Shown here piece by piece: positions 13,837 to 27,125 of a stretch of 64,000 nucleotides of DNA. The position numbers were made by a program, and so were the translations under genes. Numbering within the stretch: the first letter of the stretch is position 1; each line of letters starts with the position of its first letter. This stretch comes from the human T2T-CHM13v2.0 reference genome, Homo sapiens: NCBI RefSeq assembly GCF_009914755.1, contig NC_060929.1; one strand, 5' to 3'. The notes beneath the pieces are model-generated. The model saw nothing but the letters and a program-made list of their open reading frames with translations, was not told the origin of the DNA and searched no databases.

Positions 13837-15127
13837 GTTTTAAGGAATATAGTATGAAAACTGTTGGCTCAGTCCAAACTCTGCATGTAAGGGATGAGGA
13901 CTCTAGGGGAAAGAACTTGCCCAAAGTCACATAGTGACTCAGTGCCAAAGCTAGGGCCAGAATTCAGGACTCCTGAGCTGGAGGACAACAGTTCATCATG
14001 CCTCTCTACTAACTTGACAGCTGGATGAGCCCCCATGACTTGCTCCAGTAGGGAAAATCAAGGCCTGATGAGAGCAAGGAAACTCCACAGCAGATGATCC
14101 ATCACCTCTGTCTAATCCACTGGATCTGGATCCAGATGTTCCACCCCAAAATAAACAAACCAGTAAAAGAGTAAATATTTTTTCTAAAAATTGAGTTGGT
14201 GTTGGGTTCCCTAACCTCAGTTATCCCAGTATTACCTTTGTTTTTCCATGACACTGTACTATCTGTACTATTATTTATCTCAGTGTTCTTCAAGTCAATT
14301 CATTTTTTACTCTCAGATATCTCTACTTTAGCCTTACCCAAAGCAGTAAGATTTGTGATGTCACGGAGCCTGTATGTTAGTTATATTCTCTCTAAAATTT
14401 ATTAAAATACACAAATAACCATTAAGATATATATCTATGTACCTCTAAAACTATCAATATTCTACCTACAATATGCCTATTATATTTTGGAAAGCATTCA
14501 TTTAGTGAACAGAGCTTACTGAATATTAAGAATCAATTAATTTAAACTGTCAGCTCCTACAATTCTAGTCTCTACTAGAATTGGGTATAAGTTGATACAT
14601 GATTCAGCACAGCTTGCTTTTTTAAAATTTAACAGTAATATGCAATTCTGTTTTATGAAGTACACTATGATTTCTAGGAACTTCATTGCCTAAGCAAGGT
14701 GGTCACTTTGCCTCATTCAATTCAGCCTTCCTAATATGGGCATCTGCTCTATTTTAACGCTATTATCTCTCTTTTATCTATTTGTTGATAGATGCCTTTG
14801 TGTACAATTTGGTTGTGCAAAAAAAAATTTCCCAGTTATTTTTGAAAAGGTACGTCTCATGTGTCAGAAATAAAGTCACTGGCATTAAATGTTCTTATAA
14901 ATATTTATTGAGCACCTACCACATGCCAAATTCTATCTAAGCTAAGGAAAGTAAGAGGCATACAGTCTTGGCCTCATGTTCCTTAGTTTTAGTGGGGGAA
15001 AAAGACAAGTAAACAGACACAATACAAGGTGCTAAGTGTCACATGAAGGATGGGTTTAGCATGTCTCTTTTTGCTGATCAGCTTAGGGGAAGGAAAGCCT
15101 GTGTTAGGAGCAGGTATAAACATTATA

Positions 15128-16034
15128 CAGTAAGTTCTCACTCAACATCCTCAATAGATTCTTGGAAACTGCAACTATAAGCAAAATGAGATGGTATAAG
15201 AAAACCAGTTTTACCATAGGCTATTTTTTTTTTTTTTGAGACAATGTCTTGCTCTGTCACCCAGGTTGGAATGCAGTGGCATGATCATGGCTCATTGCAG
15301 CATCAACCTCCTGGGCTCAAGTGGATTCTCTCTCCTCAGCCTCCCAAGTAGCTGGTACCAGAGGAATGTGCTACCATGCCCCACTAATCTTTTATTTTTT
15401 GTAGATACAGCATCTTACTATGTTGCCCAGGTTGCTCTGGAACTCCAGACCTCAAGCAATCCTCCCTCTTCAGCCTCCCAAAGTGTTGAGATTACAGGTG
15501 TGAGATGCTGCGCCTGGCCTACCATAAGCTAATTGATATAAATAAAAGTTAAGTTCCTATAGCATATTTCTGGTGACAAAAGATCACCAAACTTCTAAAT
15601 AAGACTAAAGCACTTTAATATTAAACACTGAAGAAATTATGAGCCATACACACATTTAAGAAAGATTAATAAAGACAAATAAGAAAATTACTTACTCACT
15701 TACTCCAGTTCAGGATTTGGGTGGCCAGAGCCTGTCCTGCAGCTCAGGGAACCAGGCAGAAACCAGCCCTGTACTGGATGCCATCCCATTGCAGGGTGAC
15801 TCACATACACCCACAGTGACTCACACCAGGGCCATGTAGACCCACCAGTTCACTTAATATGCACATGTTTGAGATGTGGGAGGAAACCAGAATACCTAGA
15901 GAAAACCCAGGCAGACATGGGTAGGACATTCTAACTCCACACGTGCAGACAGTCTGGCTGGGAAGCTACTTTTTTCTCATCAATGGAATAACAAAACAAC
16001 ATTGAATAAAATGACATTATTCAAGGACCTGTTG
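15128..16034 (+). mobile_element. MER6A (TcMar-Tigger non-autonomous element), interrupted by an Alu
   Basis: Ends cagtaagttctc.../...aggacctgttg flanked by TA on both sides; internal 'gagatgtgggaggaaaccagaatacctagagaaaacccaggcagacatggg'; about 600 bp after removing the Alu. Confidence 0.85.
15224..15519 (-). mobile_element. AluJ inside MER6A
   Basis: Diverged Alu; TSD taccata(g/a)gcta at 15212-15223 and 15520-15531. Confidence 0.9.
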
Positions 16035-16928
16035 TACTCAACAAATCAGATGGGCAGAAATGGCCATTTCTTTATTTTTCTAACAGAACTCCCATTTTTC
16101 CTTTCTGAGTGCTCCTCTTCCCACTCTCCCGAAAGAATAGTTACGGAAATGCAGCTAATTTTGGTTAAAACTTAGGCTCCTCCCTCCAGTGTATAAGCTG
16201 AAACAATGTATAATTCAAACTCCATAGCAGGGCCCTTCTGTCCCACTCAGCGTTCTCCACTCCAATCCTGCCCTGCAGTGGCATCTGGGCAGGAGACAAC
16301 AAGCATAGTGTCACAGAGTTGGGAATGAGGAGTATCAAATCCATGGGCTGGACTTCAGAACCTCACTGACCTTCAGGCTCCACACAGTCTGGGCACCCTC
16401 CATGGGTATCAGCTGGATGTGACTTCCCTGCCCTGGGCTTTGGAGCATGACACTGGAATCCACTATTGAAGCCCATTGACTGGGGCCAAGTTGACAACAA
16501 TCTAGGACCTTCCTGGTCCAACCACATCTTTTTGGGCCCAGGGAATTCTCACCATGCTGGGGTCATTAGGGTCCCCCAACTTCTACTCCAACCCACTCAG
16601 GCATCCCCCTCAGTCAGGCATTACTCTTCCACTGCTCTCCTGTCCTGTTGGCATGAGCCACACCAAATATGAAGCTTACAACTTGCTGGTGCTGTTTCCT
16701 GGGATTTACTCCCTGCTCTGGAGTATCTCTAAACCTTTGGAGGTGCTACCACATGCCCCACCCTCACCCCAGGTTTTGATGACCACCCCATCTTTTAGGA
16801 GTTCCCCTTATTTTTATATCCTCATCCTTTCTCTATCCATGCTCAGTCATGGTCAATGTGAAATCTGTGCTGTGGCTTTCCTGGCTTGGCTCTTCATAGA
16901 TAAACCTATAAAGCCAAGATTTGAGAAA

Positions 16929-16932
<4 letters not shown>

Positions 16933-16966
<34 letters not shown>
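16933..16966. repeat. (TC)n microsatellite
   Basis: Direct reading. Confidence 0.95.
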
Positions 16967-16969
<3 letters not shown>

Positions 16970-17229
16970 AAAGTTGGTGTTCTTTTTTTTTTCTTTAGCA
17001 AATTGGCAACATTTCCTATCAGATTATGTATTGTTCACAGGCTATACAAACTCTAGGAACTATCAGGGGTTATTTGGAAGAAAAACAACTGGTGTACTAT
17101 TTTTCTAAATACTACACCTACAAAACATCCAATATTACCAAGGTAGCTTTACTAAGAGAGCTGAGTCATTCAAACCATCTTCCAGCCTGTCTATATTTGA
17201 TAAATTAAAGGAAAAGGCAGAGATAGGTG

Positions 17230-17470
17230 AGTTACCATTTATTGAGTGTCAACAATACCAAGCAGAGTAATAGGTGTTTCTTCACTTTCTTTCACCCTCA
17301 TAACATATCCTTTATGTAGATATCACTCCCATCTGACAGAGGAGGAAACTAAGTCTCAGAAGAGATTATTTAACTTTCCAACTTTCCCAAATGATCTGTC
17401 TAGAAGTGATGAAGCCAAAATTCACACCCAGATGTACCTGGTCCCAAAACTCATTTGCTTTCTCCTTTCC
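17230..17470 (-). mobile_element. MIR
   Basis: 'gacagaggaggaaactaagtctcaga'. Confidence 0.65.
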
Positions 17471-18450
17471 ACAGTCAGCAAAACATAAGTCATCAAATGT
17501 CAGCCCAACAACATAATTAAGTTTCATGTCCTGTACGTTATTTACAGCATATGATGTCCTTTACAAAAAAAAAAAAAAAACAACGGATCTATTTATTTAT
17601 AACTGTTTTTCTAGTTTTTGAGTAAGCTTGATGTACTAACCTTGAGCGTTAGTGGTGGTTGATAATTGAACCTTTGGTTTTCATACCTACTGTTGGTACT
17701 ATCTTGACTGGTTTAATGTGGAATCCTTGGTTACCAACAAAGAACCAGTGATAACATTACTGGGAAAATTAAACCTGCTGTTTGATAGTCTGCTTCTTAA
17801 CACAGTTTCCAGGAGAGCATTCTAGTAAAAAGAGGAATTTATGCACAAATACAGATTTCCTGAGTGGCCCCAACTCAGAAGAGAGGCTGCTAAGTCCCAT
17901 AAAGAGCAGAGCTTGTGGTTGAGCATGAGGCAGCCTCAATGTTGCATGCTGAAAAGAGTCATCACTGGGATCCTGGCAATTGAGCCATGACAGTCCCCAG
18001 GTTGTGCAAGTAAATATAGCTTTCCCACCATGAAAATTTTCTCAGGCTCTTCAGGGAAGACTGTGACACAGATTTCCCAAAAAAGGTAACAGCATCAGTG
18101 AAGCATTTCCTAAAGATTCAGGAGCTGAGACTCCCCAGATTGTAGGTGAAATAATCAATACAGAATTGATGTACAATTTCTTCATTTCCAAAAAAGAATT
18201 TGTGTGAGCCATGATAATAAAAGTAAAAAAACAGATTATATACAATGTGTTCTTAATACATAGATGCAACATCAAATTTAAATTGATTCATATTTTATAA
18301 AACGTCCTTTTTAATAATTTGTTATATATTATATATGTATAGATATTCATAAAGATAAATGTGTGTGCATATCGGCCTTCTATATTCACAAGTTCCATAT
18401 TTGTGGATTCATTCACAGCAGATCAGAAATATTTAAAAAAACATCCAGTA

Positions 18451-21190
18451 GGGAGGTGGTCAAGATGGCTGACTAGAAGAAGCTAGCGTGAGTGGCTCTT
18501 ACCAAGAAAAACAGAAGGGGTGAGTAAATATAGCATCCAGGTACTTGCACTGGGACTAATCCAGCAAACAGCCTAACCTATGGAGAATGGGAAAAGCAAG
18601 GAAGAACTACGGCCCACCTGGGAGCCACAGAGAGCCAAGGGAACCTCTCCCGCCCAGAGAAGCAGTGAGTGAATGTGCAATCCTGGGAACCTACGCTTTT
18701 CCCATGGATCTTTGCCAACCTCAGGTCAGGAGTTCCCCTCAGGAGCCCACTCCACCAAGGCCTTCAGAGCTGCATAGAGTCTCAGCAGAGTAACTACTCA
18801 GGCACATGTGGCAATCTGGGAACCTTAGATACTCAGGCCCTCTGGGTTTCCCAGCAAAAGCAGCTGCGACTCTGGCAAAGTAGGAGGTCAGACCCCGGAA
18901 CATACCCCTAGGAAAGAGGCTGAATCCAGGGGGCTGAACAGCGACAGTCTCTATGTCCCACTTCCACAGCACCTCACAGAATAAGACCCACTGATTTGGA
19001 AATCCAGCCAGCCACTGGTAGCAGCATTGCACCTCCCTGGGAAAGAGCTCCCAGGAGGAGGGGCAGGCCACCATCTTTGCTGTTTGGACTATTTAGCCAT
19101 TGCAGCCTTCAAGCTTTGTAGGGTCCAAGCCTACTGGGGGTGGAAAGGATCCCCCAGCACAGCACAGCTTCTCTACAAAAGCATGGCCAGACTGCTTAAG
19201 TGGGTCCCTGATCCTGTTCCTCCTCACTGGGTGGGACCTCCCAGCTGGGGCCTCCAGCCACCCCTGCCATGTTCTCTGGCTGACAGAGATTTGAAACCTG
19301 CCTGGGACGGAGCTCCTAAGGGGAAGGGCAGCCGCCATCATTGGTGTTTGGGCTGCTTAGCCACTGCAGTCTTTGGGCTTTTGAGAGTCGGAGCTAACCG
19401 GGGGCAAAGGTGGTTGCCCAGCACAGCACAGCTGTTTTAAAGTGGGTCCCCGATCCCATTCCTCCTCACTGGATGGGACCTTCCAATGAGGGTCTCCAGC
19501 CACCTCTGCCAGTGCTCTATGGTGAACAAGATTTAAAACTACTCTAGGATGGAGCTCCTAGAGGGAGGAGTAGGCTGCCATCTTTGTTGTTTGGGTGAAT
19601 TAGCTATTGTGGACTTCGAACTTTGGAGAGTCCAAGGCGACCAGGGACTGAAGTGGGCCCCCAGCACAGCACAGCTGCCCTACGAAAATGTCACCAGACT
19701 GCTTTTTAAAGTTGGTCCCTGATCCCATCCCTCACCACCAGGGGGGACCTCCCAACTGGGGTCTCCAGCTACCCCAGACAGTGTTCTCTGGCTGACACAG
19801 GTTTCAAACCTCGCTGAGTTGGAGCTCCCAGAGGGAGGGGCAGGCTGCCATCTTTGCTGCTTTTGTGACTTAGCTATTCTGTCCTTTGGGCTGAGGAGTG
19901 TCCAAGGAGAGCAGAGGCTTGAGCGGGCCTCCAGCACAGCACACCTGCTCTGCAAAAACATGGCCAGACTGCTTCTTAAAGTAGGTTCTTGTTTTCATTC
20001 CTCTTCAGTGGGCAGGAGCTCCCAACCAAGGTCTTCAGCCACCTCCCACAGATGCATTTGGGCTGGCCACAAAGTCTGTATCTACCTGGGATGGAGGTCT
20101 CAGAGGAGAGAGCAGGCTGCTATCTTTGCTGTTTTGCAGCTTTCACTGGTGATACCTCCATGTACTAGAAAATCTGAGGTGACTAGAGACTGGAGCGGGC
20201 CTTCAGCATACCACAGCAGCCTTATGGAAAAGTGGCCAACCTGTTACATGGGGGCCCTTTCCCATATCTCCTCACCAGACAAGTCCTCCAGGCCTGGGCC
20301 TCCAGCCACGCCCTGCCAAAGCTATTGAGTCAGTAGCAACTTGGCAACTCCCTGGAAAGAGCCTCCATAGGCAACTGAAAGTCTCTCTGCCACTGCCTCT
20401 GCATTGGAACTGCCCTTGCTACCCTCAGGCTAACAAATGAGCAAAGACCCTGAGAGCTTTATCCACACCTCCAACAAGCTGCAGTCAACCCAAGGATAGG
20501 AAGCCAGTCCATCTCCCACAGGTCAAAAACACACCCCAGTGCTCATCACCAGACAGGGAGCCCCTGGTTTGGGACCACAACACAGACCCTCCCTCCTGGG
20601 ATGATTGCACTGAGTGATTGCTGACCTGCATCTGTCTGGGGTGGAGCCCCCAGGAGACAAGCAAAAGATCCTTGGCCACAACCACTACTAAGGTCCGTTC
20701 CTCTGCTCCCTTCAAGATGGGGAAGAAACATAAACACTGAGATACCCCAGAGCAGCCGTTGGCAGCCAAGGAGTGCCAAGCCACAATCTACAGCCAGAAC
20801 TCAAGGGGAGAGGAACCCACACTTTCAGAGCATTGAGAGGGAACACAGCTGCAACTGTTAGGAAACAGAGGGGAGCCATACAACTGAGCAAGAGTCTACT
20901 GTCTGACCAGTGAGCCTAAGTGCCACTTACTGGATCATACCCCAAAGCTTCTCACTTATAAGTGTGAGCTGAATGGTGAGAACTTGTGAACACAAAGAAG
21001 GAAACAACAGACACCGGGGTCTACCTGAGAGAGAAGGGTGGGAGGAGGGAGATGAGCAGAAAAGGTAACTACTGGGTACTGAGCTTAATTAAAAATAACC
21101 TGTACAACAAACCCCCGAAACATGAGTTTGCCTGTGTGACAAACCTTCACGTGTAACCCTGAAACTAAAATAAAAGTTTTTTTTAAACCA
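18451..21190 (+). mobile_element. Internally deleted L1PA15/16-like LINE-1: ~2.5 kb 5'UTR fused to ~240 bp 3' end
   Basis: Starts gggaggtggtcaagatggctgactagaag; at ~20950 jumps to 'ctcacttataagtg...gaacacaaagaaggaaacaacagac...ctaaaataaaag'; no ORF1/ORF2 body. Confidence 0.8.
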
Positions 21191-21237
21191 ACAAAAAAAA
21201 AAATACAAAATAATATGATTAAATTAAAAGACAATAT

Positions 21238-21392
21238 TCCCAACATAAAGAGATAATAAATGTTGGAGATGATGGATACGCTGATTTTCCCGATCTAATC
21301 ACTATTCATTACATGTATCAAAACCTCACCGTGTACCCCATGAATATGTACAATGTTTTCTGTCAATTTTTAAAAATTAAATTAAATTTTTA
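21238..21392 (+). mobile_element. L1MA-like 3' end fragment
   Basis: 'gataataaatgttggagatgatggatacgc...gtaccccatgaatatgtacaat'. Confidence 0.75.
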
Positions 21393-21612
21393 AATGCTGT
21401 GTAACAACTATTTATATAGTATTTACACTGTAGCAGATATTATAAGTAATGTAGAAATGATTTAAAGTATATGGGAGGATGTGCATAGGTTATATATAAA
21501 TATTAAATAATAAATCATTCTATATCAGGGACTTGAGCATCTGTGGATTTTGATATCCACGGGAGTCCTGGAATTTCTCCCTCAAGAATATCAAGGGATG
21601 ACTATACAAATA

Positions 21613-21652
21613 TGTGTGTGTGTGCATGTGTGTGTGCATGTGTGTGCATGTG
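21613..21652. repeat. (TG)n/(TGCA) simple repeat
   Basis: Direct reading. Confidence 0.9.
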
Positions 21653-21929
21653 TTATGATAGCATAGTTGAGAAAAGAGCACCAACATAGGATTTGGAATT
21701 AGAGTATAATCCTGGCTTTTCTAATAGTATACTGCACATCATCGAACTTTTTGAACTTCAGTTTGCTCAGCTTTAAGGCAAAAAATGTTAGACTTCCTTT
21801 AGTGTCAGCTGTTAACTTGTAAGTATATAATTCAACTCTCCCTGAAAACGATGTTAGATTGGTCTTTCAAATGTTAGTTCTACTTCTTCCTTCATGAAGG
21901 CAGGTAGAATGAAATAATATTTTCTATAT

Positions 21930-22630
21930 TTTTGTTGGTTAATATTTGTTTCTTTCAAAACATTTTAAGCTCCAAGAGGATAGGAACTGTGCCTTTCCTG
22001 TTCCTCATTGTACCTCTGCACTTGGCTTGGTACTAGCTAAAGTTAATGCTTTTTGAATAAAGAATAGATAATAAAAGCAATAACTTGTGAGGAAGATGGA
22101 GTATTAGTTCTGAGATTTTGCCAAATGACACTTTAACATGGTTACCATAATTTGCAGTGCTCTCACCATTCTTGCATGTCATCTATGACTTCAATAGGCT
22201 AATTCAAAAGGCTTCCAAACTCAAATGTCAGGCTTGATTCTTTTTGTCCCCTCTGCAGTTTCCACTGCTGACCCACCCCCTCCCCCCAACTTTCCTGTGG
22301 GACTTTCTCCTCTTGGCCTTGGTGATAATGCCCTTTCTTAATCCTTTCCTTGCAACCCCAACCACTTCTCTGTTTTCCTCCTCAACTCTTCCTCAGGCTT
22401 CCCCTATATATAATATTCCCTAGGACTCATCTTTTTGCCCTTTTCAAGCTAGGCATCCTAGACCATGAGTATATTTCAACAAATACATCTACTTCATCCC
22501 AATGGGAGTTCAAATGTTTAGCAGGTAAATATTTGTTGAATGGGTGATCCTATAAATATCTGTGGCTTCAACCATTACCTCTTAATACTCCCGTCTATAC
22601 TGCCAGTCTCTACCTCTTCTGTACTTCAAA
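21930..22630 (+). mobile_element. L2 fragments
   Basis: 'taagctccaagaggataggaactgtgcc' and 'tgtggcttcaaccattacctc'. Confidence 0.55.
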
Positions 22631-22639
22631 TTGGTAAAT

Positions 22640-23500
22640 TTATTAGTTTCCTAGAGCTACTATGATAAAGTATCACAAATTAGGTGGCTTAAAATAACAG
22701 AAATTTATTCTCTCAACGTTCAGGAGGCCAGAAGTCCAAAATAAAGATCTTAGCAGAGTTGGTTTCTTTCAGAGGGTCTAGGGACAGAAACAATCCCACA
22801 CCCCTTTCCTTCTGGTGGTTGCCAACAATCTTTCATGTTTCTTGGCTTGCAGATGCATCACCCGAATCTCTGCTTACATCTTCAGTTTAACTCGTCTGTG
22901 TCTCTGTCTCCTTTTCTGTCTTCTATAACTCTCATTGGATTTAGGGCTGACCTTAATCCAGTATAATTTCATCTCAGTCCTCATCTTAATTATATCTGCA
23001 AAACTCCTTATTCCAAATAAAGTCATATTCTGAGCTTCTAGACAGAAATAAATTTGGAGGGGGCACTATTCAACCCACTACAGTCTACATGTTGGCCCCT
23101 CAATATTCACATGCATCCCACATGCAAAATATATTCACCCCATCCCAACATTTCCTAAAGTCTCAATTCATTCCAGCATTAACTGTAAGTCTCCAATCTC
23201 ATCTAAATATCATCAACCCAAAAAGTCTCAAATCTCATCACCTAAATCATCTAAACCAGGTATGTGTGACACTCTAGGTTTTCTCCATTCTGGGGCAAAA
23301 TTCCTTTCCATCTGTGGCCCTGTGACACTAAAAAACAAATTATCTGCTTCCATAATGCAGGCAAAGGTATAGGAGAGACATTCTCATTCCCATAGTGAGA
23401 AATAGAAAGAAATAAAGGGATCTCTGGTCCAAGTAAGCCTGAAACCCCGGCAAATTCTATTGCGTTTCAAGGCGTGGGAATAATCTTCGGTGGCTTAAAG
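22640..23500 (-). mobile_element. MLT1 LTR (to ~23082) plus adjacent MLT1 internal sequence
   Basis: 'tattagtttcctagagctactatgataaagtatcacaaattaggtggcttaaa...ggggcactattcaacccactaca', followed by int-type 'cccacatgcaaaatatattcacccc'. Confidence 0.8.
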
Positions 23501-23504
23501 TTTG

Positions 23505-25420
23505 AGAAATTTGACTACATAAAAATAAGAACGCATAGATAACCATAAGCAAAATTAAAAGACAAATGACATATTAGGAAAAATGCAACTCATAGAATAA
23601 ACTGCATGTTGTTTCCTTAAAATATAAAGAGCCTCTGAAGCATGATCAAATAAGACCAACATCCATTTGAAAAATGGGCAAGATGTAGATGAAATATTTT
23701 TAGAAAAAAAAAGATGGCTTTTAAATATATGAAAATATGATCAACAGCACTCACAATGAGAGAAATATATATTAAAACGTTCCAAAAGGAACAATGTACA
23801 TTGGACTACTTCTTAGGAGGGCATTTGATAGTATCTAACAAAATTAGACATTCGTGTACTCTTTGACCCAGCAATTGCACTTCTGTGAATTTATCCTACA
23901 AGTCAATTAATAGACATAAAAAATGGCAAAGGAAAAGCTTAATTACAAAATATTAGAAAATATATGAGTGGTCATTTACACAGAAATGTTTAAATAAACC
24001 ATGCTGTATTATACAAGCACTAAAAAATTAAATTAAAAAGCTTTGTATATAAAGATAAGTAACATTCTCCAAGATACATTATTATGTGAGGGTGGAAAAG
24101 GTATACAGAACTCAATGTATATGAATTTGTACATACATTCCTAATATATATCTAGAAGACTGCTAAGAAACTGTTGGCATTGGTTGCAGAGAACTGATTG
24201 GCCAGGCACCATGGTAGAAGAGAATGTTTTTACTTTAAAACATTGTGTACCTTTTGGATTTTGAACACTGAAAATATTTACCTATCATGATTCATGTATT
24301 CATTTTTTGAATTCTTTGAAAGGTTATTAGAGACTACCAGTTAATCATGGCAGGTTGTAAATATGATTTATCTCTATTTATTTCTGAAACCCACCAAACA
24401 GACAGTAAAGAATATTTTTGCAAAAACATCATAAGTCAACAAGGACTAAAGAAAGGAAAGATAAGACAGTCTCAGACCTGATACCAACAAAATCTTTGAA
24501 AGGGGGAAGATATAGAATCCCTTACCCAGAAACTGGGGCTCCAGGATTTCCGAGAGTGGGATAAAGAGCATAGCCAAAACACGGGAGTATACTACTTTAA
24601 AAAGTAATGACGGTATAGACAGGTTGTTCAGAATTACTGAGATAAATAATAGAGGATACAGTTTAAAAAGTTGACAGTGGTTGCCTCGGGATTGAAGCTA
24701 AAAGAGAGAGAAGTGGATAGAGGATTGCCATTTTTTATTGTGTACTATAGTTCAACATCTTTAACTATATACATTATTAATTTGAAAAATGCCTTTTAAA
24801 GTTATTATTATTCAACGTCATGCTAATATACTTGAATTTTCAGTGACATAGCTTAGCCTTTGCAGCAATATAAATGACCAAAATTGACCCCCAAAGAAAA
24901 AGAGATGTAAACTCACTAATGAACCAAGAAAGAAATTGGAAAAAAATTTTAAATAAGTCTTATTACTACCACAACAAATATAATTGGTATTACAGGTAAT
25001 TTTTTTTGAATATTTACTTCCAAAATCTGTGTTTTAAAATAAAAAGAAAATTTTTATGTGGTAAGTAATTTATTTTATTATGAGACTTTCTAAACAGAAT
25101 CTAAGCAAATAGAATTTATCCATATGCTAAGATATATTCTTTGTGACTAATCACAGTTTATACTATTATTGCAAAACTAGAAAAAATAAAAGAAATTACT
25201 TAATAATTCTAAGCAAAAAGCATTAAATAGACTTGAATAAAATTATAAATCTTTGACATAAACCAGACTAATACTAGAAATACAATAAAAGATAAAATAT
25301 GTGTTATGTCCTCCAGGAATTCATGGTGTAATATTTTCATAATAAAAAAAAGTAGAAGAAATTCTTATTTAAAATGCAAAAGAACACTTGACAAAAATAA
25401 TGACTTAAAATCATCCACTG
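23505..25420 (+). mobile_element. Old L1ME fragments
   Basis: 'tttgacccagcaattgcacttctgtgaatttatccta', 'gacagtggttgcctcggg' and degenerate A-rich ORF2-like sequence. Confidence 0.6.
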
Positions 25421-26080
25421 TTTGAGCAAATATCTTTGGAAGATCTGTGAGCCAGACACTCTTGGGTAAGGGTTGGATAAGATGAGTAAGAGACTGACAT
25501 GAATTTAAGAATAATCATATCCTGATCTCAGTTGTTATCATAATAGATGACATTTCTTGAGCACTTATGTGATAAAGCTGGAAACTTTACACAGTAATAG
25601 TGACCAGTAGCTCCTTAGCTGGAATAGAAAAAGCAGTAGGGGGGTTGAGCCAGACTGGCAGGCCATTGGATCACATATGAGGGAACTGAGGAAACTGAGA
25701 GAGAAGCTTGTAGTTAGGGAAAGGAATTTTGGCACTGGGGATTCTGGAAGTACAGTTACAGGCAAGGATAGGTACCAAACCACAATGCAATGCTTAATAG
25801 CAAAATGGAAATCACCCAAATGCCCCAGCTTAGAGTGAGATAAAGCCGACGATGGTATCCTTAAAGCAATCAACTATTGTGTAGCCATAAAATTGTAAAA
25901 CTACAAAGGCCATAAGGATACATAAAGATGTACATATAAATTATGCTAAGTGGAAAAAATTAACCCAAGTATTAGAGCTGAGCAAAATCTCTGCTTGCAC
26001 ATTGACAGAAATAAAAAGAAATTATAGGCATGGTTAATAGCTTCAAAAAAGTTCTATTTTTGTGTCTTTGGCAGTGTTCT

Positions 26081-26410
26081 TGTCTTAGTTCATTCCTGCT
26101 GCTATAACGAAAATATCTGAGACTGGGTAATTTATAAGGAACAGAAATTTATTTCTCACAGTTCTGGAGGCTGGAAAGTCTAAGATTAAAGCTCCGGCTT
26201 CTGATGACCATTGAGGGCCTTCTTGCTGAGTCTTCACAGGGCAGAAGCTAGCCGGCTAAACGCCTATGCAAAGCCTCTACTTTTAAAAGGGTCTTCATCC
26301 CATTAGTGAGGGAGCAGCCCCAGGGCCTAATTATTTCATGAAGTCTCCACCTCTTAACTGCAACACTGGCAGCACCTGAACTTTGCAGGGGACATGTTCA
26401 AAACATGGCA
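26081..26410 (-). mobile_element. MST/MLT1A-family MaLR solo LTR
   Basis: tgtcttagttcattcctgctgctataac...ggggacatgttcaaaacatggca; 5-bp TSD GTTCT at 26076-26080 and 26411-26415. Confidence 0.88.
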
Positions 26411-26945
26411 GTTCTATAAGCATGTACTTTCTTTAAAAGGAAGACCATCTTCAGTTACTCCCAAATTATCTCCTTTGCTGAATCAGAAAACACCTGTCAG
26501 GACTCCAGAGATTCCACAGTTAACTTACTTCTCTTTCTTTACTCTTGGACCCACAATAAGTTATGTCCCTATGCTGAACTGAGAAAGCATTTATAAATAA
26601 AAGACAAGTTTAATAAACCTCTTCTTTTCACCAAATAAATCCCAGTTCAGAAATGCCAGCAGATGTCTGAAACAGCAAAGAATAATGCATAAATTTATTG
26701 CTTTATTTTACCTGGAATATCCACGGTATCAATAAGTTTTTGTAGTTGAAAGATAATCTGGAAATCTAGACTAGTAATCTTCAATTCTGTTCTACAGAGA
26801 TGACTCAGGGATCACCTTTGGGATAAGGGGTGACAAGGTGGGAAAGTAAGCACAATTCCTTTGTCTCTCCTCCCACACTCCCCCTGGAGCTCCAAATGCA
26901 TGAGCAATTCAAGCAGAGCAGCTTTGGTAAAATATTGGCTCCATA

Positions 26946-27125
26946 GGCTAGTGTTTCCAAACATAACAGCATATAAAAGTCAAATGAGGAGTCTTTAAAA
27001 CATTGAGTCCTGGGCCGCACACCAGACCTATCGAATCGGCATCTCTAGTAATGGAGCCCAATGATCGGTATCAGTTTAAAGCTTCTCATTTAATTCTGAT
27101 GCAATCCAAATAAGGGAAACTTTTC
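26946..27125. mobile_element. MER5A-like hAT-Charlie MITE
   Basis: 'cctgggccgcacaccagacctatcgaatcggcatctcta...taattctgatgca'. Confidence 0.65.

Larger units (their letters stand above)
18370..21603 (+). mobile_element. MER2 (Tigger2-family MITE) split by L1 insertions
   Basis: Left part 'tcggccttctatattcacaagttccatatttgtggattc' (to ~18440); right part 'taacaactatttatatagtatttacactg...tatcaagggatgacta' (~21395-21603). Confidence 0.8.

Noticed and set aside
16554-17108. Longest ORF (184 aa)
   Set aside because: Runs through a (TC)n microsatellite, has no recognisable domain, and its length is compatible with chance
18990-20330. Regularly spaced repeats as a CRISPR-like array
   Set aside because: Eukaryotic context; long diverged monomers with homologous intervening sequence and no unique spacers or cas genes
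18587-20784. Cluster of overlapping ORFs
   Set aside because: GC-rich L1 5'UTR with few stop codons; not ORF1-like
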